Virus genome (UHGV): UHGV-0015805
Length of the DNA: 64,000 nt
Source: a virus
Strand: one strand, 5' to 3'
Numbering within the stretch: position 1 is the first letter of the stretch; each line of letters opens with the position of its first letter. The position numbers were made by a program, and so were the translations under genes. The notes beneath the pieces were generated by a model. The model was not told the origin of the DNA and searched no databases. It was given only the letters and a program-made list of their open reading frames with translations. Below, in pieces: positions 9,056-17,031 of this stretch.

Positions 9056-9688
9056 ATGAGTAGGGCAATTATGATTCTTGGCGCAAGCGGTTCTGGAAAA
9101 ACAACCAGTCTTGAAAAACTTGACCCTAAGCAAACGTTCTATATCGACGCTGATGGTAAGGGGTTGAGTTGGAAAGGGTGGCGAACGCAGTACAACAAGG
9201 AGAATAAGAATTATTTTCGATGTGATGCGCCCGAGCAAATTTTTTCTTTGATGCAACAAATTGATGAGAAGCAAAAACAAATTAAATTCCTTGTCATTGA
9301 CACACTCAATGGGTGCATGGTTGCGGACGAAATGCGAAGAGCCAAAGAAAAGACATACGACAAGTGGATGGACCTTGCACAGAGCGTGTATGGCATTGTA
9401 GACTATGCGAACAAAATGCGCGATGATTTAACGGTCATTCTTGTAGGGCATACTCAAACAAGCGAGGACGGTTTTACTTGTATGCTAACTAATGGGCGCA
9501 AGTTAAACAAGATTTGCTTGGAAAGCAAGATGACTACTGTGCTACTATCCCGAATCAACGAGAATGGCGAGTATGTATTTGAAACACGGGCAAAGAACAG
9601 TACGGCAAAAACACCCCGGGGTGCATTTGATACTGATGAAATTCCAAATGACATCACACTTGTGATTGATGCGCTGAAGGATTTTTAA
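9056..9688 (+). CDS. P-loop ATPase, Sak4-like (RecA-fold phage recombination/annealing ATPase)
   Basis: Walker A ILGASGSGKTT; about 210 aa; directly upstream of the SSB-like partner, as in Sak4/DUF669 pairs. Confidence 0.55.
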   Translation: MSRAIMILGASGSGKTTSLEKLDPKQTFYIDADGKGLSWKGWRTQYNKENKNYFRCDAPEQIFSLMQQIDEKQKQIKFLVIDTLNGCMVADEMRRAKEKTYDKWMDLAQSVYGIVDYANKMRDDLTVILVGHTQTSEDGFTCMLTNGRKLNKICLESKMTTVLLSRINENGEYVFETRAKNSTAKTPRGAFDTDEIPNDITLVIDALKDF

Positions 9689-9696
9689 TAAAATGC

Positions 9697-9725
9697 TTGA
9701 CAGTTTGATGTTTTCGTGATATAAT
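9697..9725 (+). promoter_or_regulatory. consensus promoter (TTGACA-17-TATAAT, TG-extended)
   Basis: ttgacagtttgatgttttcgtgatataat. Confidence 0.6.
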
Positions 9726-9831
9726 ATAAACAGAGGTTAGAATAAGGTTGCAAACTTGTTCTATTTGGGGCAAGGTGCTTACTCCGCCTTGCCCACTCTA
9801 AACAATTTTCTTGAGTAAGGAGAATGTAGAT

Positions 9832-10515
9832 ATGAAAAAGGGATGTCATCCATCGAACTTTATTGATATGACAGGATGGAAAATGTGGGAGCACGGAGTT
9901 ACAGACAGTAGGATAATCGTGATTTGTGAAGCTGCAAAAACAAATAGTAAAAAAGTACGATGGAAATGTATGTGTGCATGTGGCAATCCACGGGTGTTTA
10001 TCGTAGATGGAACTGGTTTGCGATTTGGAAATACATTATCCTGCGGATGCATAAAGAAGGAAAGATGCCATAAAACGCACGGTGAATCAAAAAGCAAATT
10101 ATATAATGTCTGGTGCGCAATGATAAAAAGGTGTAATAACCCACACGACCATGACTATGGGAGATATGGCGGGAGAGGAATAGGCGTTGCCTCTGAATGG
10201 AGGGATTATAAACCATTTCGCGATTGGGCAATTGCGAATGGATATAAAGAAGGACTTGAGCTTGACCGCATAGACAATGACGGAAATTATTGTCACGATA
10301 ATTGTAGATGGGTGACACATCAAGAACAATGTTGTAACAGAAGTTCTAATGTTTGGATTCAATATATGGGAAGAAAATGGTCCGTTGCAGAGTGCTCAAA
10401 ACGAACAGGAATAGCAGAAGAAACTATACGAGCGAGGGTTAAAAATGGATGGACTCCTGAGGAAATTTTCTCAGTGCCATGTAAAACAAAAAGAAAGAAA
10501 GGTAAAGTATTATGA
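9832..10515 (+). CDS. HNH endonuclease with N-terminal zinc-finger DNA-binding module
   Basis: LELDRIDNDGNYCHDNCRWVTHQEQ HNH motif; N-terminal CACGNPRVFIVDGTGLRFGNTLSCGC module, shared with the endonuclease at 55973-57028. Confidence 0.7.
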   Translation: MKKGCHPSNFIDMTGWKMWEHGVTDSRIIVICEAAKTNSKKVRWKCMCACGNPRVFIVDGTGLRFGNTLSCGCIKKERCHKTHGESKSKLYNVWCAMIKRCNNPHDHDYGRYGGRGIGVASEWRDYKPFRDWAIANGYKEGLELDRIDNDGNYCHDNCRWVTHQEQCCNRSSNVWIQYMGRKWSVAECSKRTGIAEETIRARVKNGWTPEEIFSVPCKTKRKKGKVL

Positions 10516-11123
10516 AGAAAATTAGCGGGTACGACAAAATTCAAGAAAGCGGCATGTTTAAGAAGCTTGCACCGGGTGGTTATATTGTCAAGTTGCTTGA
10601 TGCTACAGATGTTCCAGAGAAGGAATATTTAAGAATTTCATTTGATGTGTGCGAAGGGGACAATAAGGGTTTTTTTGCAAGTGAATACAAAAACGATACA
10701 AGAGAAGACAAAAAATGGCCCAACGCAGGCACATTTATTCGCTCGTACAAAGAAAAGGCGTTGCCGATGCTTAAAGGCTTTACGGTTGCCGTCGAAAAGT
10801 CAAATTCTGGATATGTGTGGAATTTTGACGAAAAGTCATTAAAGGGGAAAATCGTTGGATTAGTGTTGGGCGAAGAAGAGTTTGTCAATAGTGTGGGAAA
10901 GCTTCGTACCCGCACATATGTAGAATCCGTTCGTTCCGTTGATTCTATTCGCAAAGGCGACTTCACAATTCCTGCTCTTAAAACGCTTGACCCGAGCAAG
11001 GTTGCAAATGCAAAGAAAGAAGAAAATTTTGTGGATCCTTTTTCGGATAGCCCCGCTCAGACAGCAACGCCTGCTCCTGAAGCAAATCCGTTTGACGATT
11101 CCGATTCTAATCCTTTTGCCTGA
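10512..11123 (+). CDS. DUF669-like single-strand-binding-type protein with acidic C-terminal tail
   Basis: Sits next to the Sak4-like ATPase; C-terminus ...NPFDDSDSNPFA resembles the SSB acidic tip (DDDIPF). Confidence 0.5.
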   Translation: MKKISGYDKIQESGMFKKLAPGGYIVKLLDATDVPEKEYLRISFDVCEGDNKGFFASEYKNDTREDKKWPNAGTFIRSYKEKALPMLKGFTVAVEKSNSGYVWNFDEKSLKGKIVGLVLGEEEFVNSVGKLRTRTYVESVRSVDSIRKGDFTIPALKTLDPSKVANAKKEENFVDPFSDSPAQTATPAPEANPFDDSDSNPFA

Positions 11124-11128
11124 AACAC

Positions 11129-11563
11129 ATGAAAACCGAAGTAATGTTTTCCTCTGCCACAGATGAATGGGCAACGCCACAGAACTTGTTTGACGAATTA
11201 GACAAAGAGTTCCGCTTTGAACTTGATGTGTGTGCAAACGAAAGCAACCACAAGTGTGACAAGTATTACACCAAAGAGCAAGACGGGCTGCTAATGCCAT
11301 GGATTGCCGATGGTGCGATATGGTGTAATCCGCCTTATGGTAGGGAGATAGGCAATTGGGTAAACAGAGCGTGGCACGCATCCGCTGATGCAACGGTTGT
11401 AATGTTCTTACCCGCACGGACTGATACCAAGTGGTTTCATGACTATATCTACAAGAAACCAAATGTTGAAATTCGATTCATCAAAGGTCGCCTTAAATTT
11501 GGAGACAGTAAGAATTCTGCGCCGTTTCCGTCTATGATTGTGGTCTTTAGACCGTTTAACTAA
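11129..11563 (+). CDS. phage N6-adenine DNA methyltransferase (phage Dam family)
   Basis: DEWATPQNLF...LDVCA...WCNPPYG (NPPY catalytic motif), typical of the phage N-6-adenine-methyltransferase family. Confidence 0.75.
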   Translation: MKTEVMFSSATDEWATPQNLFDELDKEFRFELDVCANESNHKCDKYYTKEQDGLLMPWIADGAIWCNPPYGREIGNWVNRAWHASADATVVMFLPARTDTKWFHDYIYKKPNVEIRFIKGRLKFGDSKNSAPFPSMIVVFRPFN

Positions 11564-11582
11564 ATAAAGGGGTAAATGCGGT

Positions 11583-12221
11583 ATGAACAAATTTGTTGCT
11601 TGCGGGAAGCTAATAGAATTTGTCTGCCGCATTTATTCTACCCATATCAATGTAAAAACAGCACTTGATATAAACGGGCAAATAATCCAAACATCACAAA
11701 CAAGCAGTCGTAAGTGGAATGCAGATGAATGCCGGGCGGTGTTTGATATATTGCCTAACCTACATCCAAAAGTTGACGGCGTTGTTTATAATGTTGATAA
11801 ACCCTATTTTTTTTGCCGTAGAGCGCATGAAATCAGTAGGGTTATAGTTGGTGGCAATATCAACGAATGGCGCAATACAGTGTATTTTAATGCCAAATAC
11901 ATGCGTCTTATACAATCGTGCCAGCAACAAGACATGTTAGACATTCAAATTGACGGGCAGTGGGTGGATAATAACAGGCTACTAAATGTCTGTTATGATT
12001 CACCGAGAATATTTAATTTGCCAAAGCCCGCGGGAATAAGCGACAAAATATGTCGGTTATCTGTCGGCTATAATTGCGGATTTACAGTCAAGGGAAATAC
12101 TGTACTTGTGCATGACGGTGGAATATGGGTTAAGTCCGTTGAAGAAACTGACTTATGTTTCACCGAATCACAAGTTGATAATTATCTGCTTGAATATGAA
12201 ATTATTTCGGAAGAAAAATAA
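11583..12221 (+). CDS. hypothetical protein
   Basis: 212-aa ORF. Confidence 0.45.
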   Translation: MNKFVACGKLIEFVCRIYSTHINVKTALDINGQIIQTSQTSSRKWNADECRAVFDILPNLHPKVDGVVYNVDKPYFFCRRAHEISRVIVGGNINEWRNTVYFNAKYMRLIQSCQQQDMLDIQIDGQWVDNNRLLNVCYDSPRIFNLPKPAGISDKICRLSVGYNCGFTVKGNTVLVHDGGIWVKSVEETDLCFTESQVDNYLLEYEIISEEK

Positions 12222-12235
12222 TTCCAAAATAGGGG

Positions 12236-12264
12236 TTGACAAATTGTTTGATATGTGATATAAT
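12236..12264 (+). promoter_or_regulatory. consensus promoter (TTGACA-17-TATAAT, TG-extended)
   Basis: ttgacaaattgtttgatatgtgatataat. Confidence 0.6.
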
Positions 12265-12293
12265 GCAGGCAACAAATAAATGGGAGGACTTAG

Positions 12294-12770
12294 ATGCCAT
12301 CCAAAGTTAAATGCCGTCAATGTGGCAAACAAGTAGATAAATCTACTGCAATTGAAATCAAGCCGAGAATATATGTGTGCTCTGAGCAGTGCTATAATGA
12401 ATGGCAATTATCACATGAACAAAAAAGCAAGCCCGTTGCAGAAAAATCCCCAATGCGGAAATTAACGGATTATGTGCAGTCCTATGCGCCAAATACGGCA
12501 TGGGTCAAATTCGGGGCTAATGTGCAGCGTATGTGCAAAGACGGCATGACGGTTGCTGGCATTCACTATACATTGTGGTATATGCGAGAACATGAAAAAA
12601 TGCAGCTTGACGGAGACGGGCTTGGACTTGTTCAGTGGTATTATGATGCAGCTAAGAACTTCTATCAATGGCAACAGCGCATGAAACAACAAGTATCAAG
12701 CTGGCAACAAACAGACAATACTGCCGTAAAAATACAACAAAGCAATGCGAATGAGGAGGTATTCAGATGA
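12294..12770 (+). CDS. hypothetical protein with N-terminal zinc ribbon
   Basis: CRQCGK...CSEQC; RBS GGAGG. Confidence 0.45.
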   Translation: MPSKVKCRQCGKQVDKSTAIEIKPRIYVCSEQCYNEWQLSHEQKSKPVAEKSPMRKLTDYVQSYAPNTAWVKFGANVQRMCKDGMTVAGIHYTLWYMREHEKMQLDGDGLGLVQWYYDAAKNFYQWQQRMKQQVSSWQQTDNTAVKIQQSNANEEVFR

Positions 12771-13165
12771 AATACAAGGTATGCGGATTGTGCGAGAATA
12801 CTGACGGACTGTGCTATACGACTGACCCGCCTCAATATAAATGCCGGGTAACGGGGCAGTTTCATAAATTCGACGATGATTGCAATGTTGAAACAAAAAA
12901 GGACGCATTTGGATGCAATGCTAAATTGCTGACATGGCGCAGTATAAAGGACGATGTTCCGCCCACGGATGAAGAGGTGCTTGTTTGCTTTTATGATGAG
13001 CAGTCGGGCGAATACGGCTCTTGCGTGGTTGCATATTATACAAATGACGATGAAACGCTCGAGGAGTTTGAATGCCCCGTATGGTGGACCGCAGACCGCA
13101 ATTACATTGTAGACAATACAGACAAATGGGCGCACATTGAAAAGCCTGAGGTGCCTAATGTATGA
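12767..13165 (+). CDS. Cys-rich hypothetical protein
   Basis: ATGA overlap with the upstream gene. Confidence 0.4.
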   Translation: MKYKVCGLCENTDGLCYTTDPPQYKCRVTGQFHKFDDDCNVETKKDAFGCNAKLLTWRSIKDDVPPTDEEVLVCFYDEQSGEYGSCVVAYYTNDDETLEEFECPVWWTADRNYIVDNTDKWAHIEKPEVPNV

Positions 13166-14651
13166 TTTTACAGCGGCAAGGTTGTTGTTGGGATGCTTAA
13201 TTCAACGCCCAAACCTTTCTGTGAATGACAAATATCCGCTCAACAAAAAAGATTTTTCTGAACAATTATTCCATCTGCGGCTATATCAAGCAATTCACGC
13301 TCTTGCTCAAAGAGGAGCAAATAGCATATCTGCAATGGAATGTTATAATCTCTGTAGGGGCAATCAGGCAGTAAAAGAGTTGTTCGACTCAAACAATTTG
13401 TCGGCATTCATTGAGACAGTATCGAAGGTTGCAGATGTAAACAATTTTGCCCTGTATTATTCGACTGTCCGCAAATGCAGCTTAATCAATGCGTTCAAAG
13501 AGGCGGGATTCGACACGGCTAAGTTTGAGCAGGACATAAGCAAATACACAGAAGAAGAAATTTCAAGCCACTTTCTGTCACAAGCCGAAAAAATTTCAAG
13601 GGAGTTTAAGTGCGGGGCAGAAAGAGAAGAATATCTTGCTGGTGCAGATTTCATTGCAACAAAGAATAAATTCAAGGAATCGCCCGATTATGGACCATCT
13701 TTTCAGTCGCCGTATTTGAACAGCATATACAGGGGGCAAAGCGGGCTGATCTTAAGAGCGGGCAAAAGTGGCTTTGGCAAATCTGTACAGTCCATGGGCG
13801 ATGTGTGCAAATGCTGTTGCAAGGAATATTGGGACGATGAATTAAAACAATTTGTTCCTAATAAGTCCGCTGTTGGTCCAGCACTATTCATCAATACCGA
13901 AATGGACTTGCGGAAAGAGCTTGACCCACTTATTATTGCTTGGATAAGTGGCGTATCTCGAGGCAAAATCAAGGACGGATATTACTGCGGCGATGAAGAA
14001 GAACGAGTTGAACGAGCCGCGCAGATATTGCTTGATAGTAAGTTATACATTGTTGACGACCCATGCTTCACTACAACAAGCATTGTTTCGACCATAAAAG
14101 AATACAAGAACATTCACGGCATTAAGCTTGCCTGTTTTGACTATATACAGAATAATGGCTTTGTTGCAAGTGAAATTGCAGGCGAGACCAAAATTCCACA
14201 AAGAGAAGATATGGTGTTGCTTGCATTGACAGATAGGTTGAAGCAAGTACAGCGAATGTGTGACATTCCTGTTTTGACCTCTGTGCAAACAAATGGCATG
14301 GAGGACACAATGAAATATCCGACCGAGGCTTGCTTAGCCGGGTCTAAAGGGCAAATCCGCAAGACTGATGCAACAATGGTTATATTGCCACCTAAGCAGG
14401 ACGAACTTGATATATTTGATATGGCTAAGAGCAATCCTAATCTTGGAATTGACGAAAATGCGGTCTGTAATACAGTGACGCATATTCTCAAAGGCAGAAA
14501 TAGCAAGTTCCCGCGGCATGTTAAAATATATCAACAGGTCAATTATGGCACAGGCAGAACGCATGACTGGTTTGCTACAGACAAGGACGGTAATCAGGTC
14601 GACGGACTGCAGGGGCTGTTAATTGAATGTGATGGGAGGAAACAAATATGA
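13158..14651 (+). CDS. replicative DNA helicase, DnaB-like
   Basis: DnaB-N-like AARLLLGCLIQ; Walker A AGKSGFGKS; Walker B/H2 CFDYIQ; about 500 aa. Confidence 0.65.
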   Translation: MYDFTAARLLLGCLIQRPNLSVNDKYPLNKKDFSEQLFHLRLYQAIHALAQRGANSISAMECYNLCRGNQAVKELFDSNNLSAFIETVSKVADVNNFALYYSTVRKCSLINAFKEAGFDTAKFEQDISKYTEEEISSHFLSQAEKISREFKCGAEREEYLAGADFIATKNKFKESPDYGPSFQSPYLNSIYRGQSGLILRAGKSGFGKSVQSMGDVCKCCCKEYWDDELKQFVPNKSAVGPALFINTEMDLRKELDPLIIAWISGVSRGKIKDGYYCGDEEERVERAAQILLDSKLYIVDDPCFTTTSIVSTIKEYKNIHGIKLACFDYIQNNGFVASEIAGETKIPQREDMVLLALTDRLKQVQRMCDIPVLTSVQTNGMEDTMKYPTEACLAGSKGQIRKTDATMVILPPKQDELDIFDMAKSNPNLGIDENAVCNTVTHILKGRNSKFPRHVKIYQQVNYGTGRTHDWFATDKDGNQVDGLQGLLIECDGRKQI

Positions 14652-14816
14652 ACGATATGGTTCGTGCAACAATTCAGAGCTTGATTGATGAATTATATAT
14701 TAAATGGGGCTGCGACCCTGCATATTGTGTTGATAATACAATTGAAGGCAAGAAAGCAAAGATTGATGCCTATATTATTGAATGGCTAAAGGCGCATTTA
14801 GATGATGAGGTGTAAC
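14648..14816 (+). CDS. small hypothetical protein (56 aa)
   Basis: ATGA overlap with the helicase stop. Confidence 0.25.
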
Positions 14817-14875
14817 AATGCAATACATGGGCGGTAAGAGCCGCATATCTAAACAAATTTCGGAGGTTTTGAACA

Positions 14876-15587
14876 ATGCGTTATCTTGGTGGCAAGAGCA
14901 GAATTGCCAAACAGGTTGCAGAAGCGCTGAATTCTGCGCTGAGAGAGAGAGAGAGAGAGAGTATTTGTAAGCCTGTTTTGTGGCTCTTGCGCCGTTGAAT
15001 CAAAGGTGGACGCAGACATTAAAATTCTCAATGACAAGCATTCCTATCTCATTGCTATGTGGCAAAGGCTGCAACAAGGATGGCGACCGCCATATGCCGT
15101 AACAAAGGAAGAATATTATGCAATTAAAGCCAATATGAACGCCAATCCAGCATTAACCGGGTTTGTTGGCTTTGGATGTTCTTTCGGCGGAAAATGGTTC
15201 GGTGGTTATGCAAAGAGCGACAAGAAACGCAACTATTGTATGAATTCAAGAAATTCAGTGTTAAAAGATTTGCCGGGGTTGCAGGGCGCAACTTTTACTT
15301 GTCTCGACTATAAAGCCGTACCGATCCCAGATGGAGCGGTTGTATATTGTGACCCGCCTTATGCCAATACAACAGGATATAGTACGGGCGCTTTTAACAG
15401 CGACGAATTTTGGGAATACATGCGCCAATTATCTAAACGGTGCGATGTGTATATTTCCGAAGAACAAGCGCCCGGTGATTTTGAATGCATATGGGAACAA
15501 GAGTTAACGCGTTGGATTGATAGGAATAAATCTAATCAACCAAAGAAGATTGAAAAATTATTTAAGTATAAAGGAGGATGTATGTAA
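14876..15587 (+). CDS. D12-class N6-adenine DNA methyltransferase (Dam); reading frame interrupted inside a (GA)10 tract, so OFF as assembled
   Basis: Frame 2 gives N-terminal MRYLGGKSRIAKQVAEALNSAL, then (GA)10 encoding RERERE. Frame 0 continues VFVSLFCGSCAVE (FxGxG-type motif)...VYCDPPYANTTGY (DPPY). The two parts are out of frame by +1. Confidence 0.7.
14941..14960. repeat. (GA)10 dinucleotide simple-sequence repeat inside the Dam ORF
   Basis: gagagagagagagagagaga read directly. Confidence 0.95.
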
Positions 15588-15979
15588 TGAATATTAAAGA
15601 ATACAAAAGCGCGATAGAAACTCTTTATAAAGATATGTGCGAAAACGCAGACCTTGCAACAAAGCAATTTCGAGGACGGTCAAATTCCACATTAAACACT
15701 GAATGGGGACGCGGATATATGGACGCGCTCGAAACCGTGCTCAAAATTTTGGACGATGTTAAGGTTGTTAAACCGCGAACAAAGAAGCGCGAACCCATGG
15801 AAATTCAGCTTGATTATATTGAAGACCTCTATAATTTCGAGGAAATTTATTTTGGCGAAAAGCCCTCGCGCGAACGAAAGAAAGAGTTATTTGAGCAACA
15901 AATTCAGTGTGTAATTGACATCTGTAAAGAATATTACCGCCCCTATGATTTAGTAAGCATAGATGAATTAGATGATTGA
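15587..15979 (+). CDS. hypothetical protein
   Basis: GGAGG 9 nt upstream; start overlaps the Dam stop. Confidence 0.45.
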   Translation: MNIKEYKSAIETLYKDMCENADLATKQFRGRSNSTLNTEWGRGYMDALETVLKILDDVKVVKPRTKKREPMEIQLDYIEDLYNFEEIYFGEKPSRERKKELFEQQIQCVIDICKEYYRPYDLVSIDELDD

Positions 15980-17030
15980 CATTCAATCTATCAAATCGCG
16001 CCTCACAAGCGATGATATTATTGCTGTTATGGATGGCATGGGCATACCATTGGTATCGGCAAATAATCAATATCAATTGTATCCAAGTTGCTGCCACCAC
16101 ACAGATTGGCAAAATCATAAAGCAAAGCTCTATGCGTACAATGATACAAAAATGCTACATTGCTATTCGTGCGGCGAATCCTTTGATATATTTGGCATTG
16201 TTCAAAAAGTAAGGCAATGCAATTTTCAATCTTCTATTGCATATATATGTGAAATTCTGCATATAAATCCCACAGAAAATGTGCAGAAAGAAAATGTCGA
16301 TAATTGGCAGTCAGACCTTGGCAGATGGATAAAAGGCGGTGATGAATCTGAAACAGTTGAAATTCCAACATATGACAAAAGTGCAGTTGAGCTGTTTGAC
16401 CGATTATATCCGCAAGACTGGTTGCAATATGGAATTTCTGCGGACACAATGGACAAGTTCGGCATAGGTTGGTATGGGCGAAAGGCATGCATAACAATTC
16501 CTGTATGGCAAGGCGATAAGCTCGTCGGCATACGCGGAAGATATATGCGGACACAAGACACAGAAAGGGGTAAATATCGCCCTGTAAGCGATTTAAGCGG
16601 ACGTGTATATAAATACCCTACCAATGCTGTTCTGTACGGTTACAACGAAAATAAATGGCAAATACAGCGGTCTAAAACGGTGTGGCTTGTCGAAGCAGAA
16701 AAGACCGTCTTAAAATTTGACACATGGGGCATAAATAATGCCGTTGCGGTATTCGGCTCTAATATATCAAAACGGCAAATTCAAATGCTTATTGAGTTGG
16801 GTGTAAACAATGTAATACTTGGATTTGATTCGGACTACAAACAAATTGGCGATGATGATTACAAGCTATTCATTGAAAAGACTAAGCGGACAATTGCTAA
16901 GCTACGTCCATTCTTTTCGGTTGAGGTCTTTTATAATTGTTTGGGTTTTAATGCGCACAAGTTTTCCCCAACAGATTATACAAAAGAACAATTTGATGAA
17001 TTATGCAAACATATGGTAAAGGTGAATTAA
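15972..17030 (+). CDS. DNA primase (CHC2 zinc finger plus TOPRIM)
   Basis: CCHHTDWQNH...HCYSCGESFD (CHC2); WLVEAEKTVLKFD...GFDSD (TOPRIM E and DxD). Confidence 0.75.
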   Translation: MIDIQSIKSRLTSDDIIAVMDGMGIPLVSANNQYQLYPSCCHHTDWQNHKAKLYAYNDTKMLHCYSCGESFDIFGIVQKVRQCNFQSSIAYICEILHINPTENVQKENVDNWQSDLGRWIKGGDESETVEIPTYDKSAVELFDRLYPQDWLQYGISADTMDKFGIGWYGRKACITIPVWQGDKLVGIRGRYMRTQDTERGKYRPVSDLSGRVYKYPTNAVLYGYNENKWQIQRSKTVWLVEAEKTVLKFDTWGINNAVAVFGSNISKRQIQMLIELGVNNVILGFDSDYKQIGDDDYKLFIEKTKRTIAKLRPFFSVEVFYNCLGFNAHKFSPTDYTKEQFDELCKHMVKVN

Positions 17031-17031
17031 A

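Noticed and set aside
14849-15037. Minus-strand 62-aa ORF containing LSLSLSQ
   Set aside because: An artefact of reading the (GA)10 repeat on the opposite strand.
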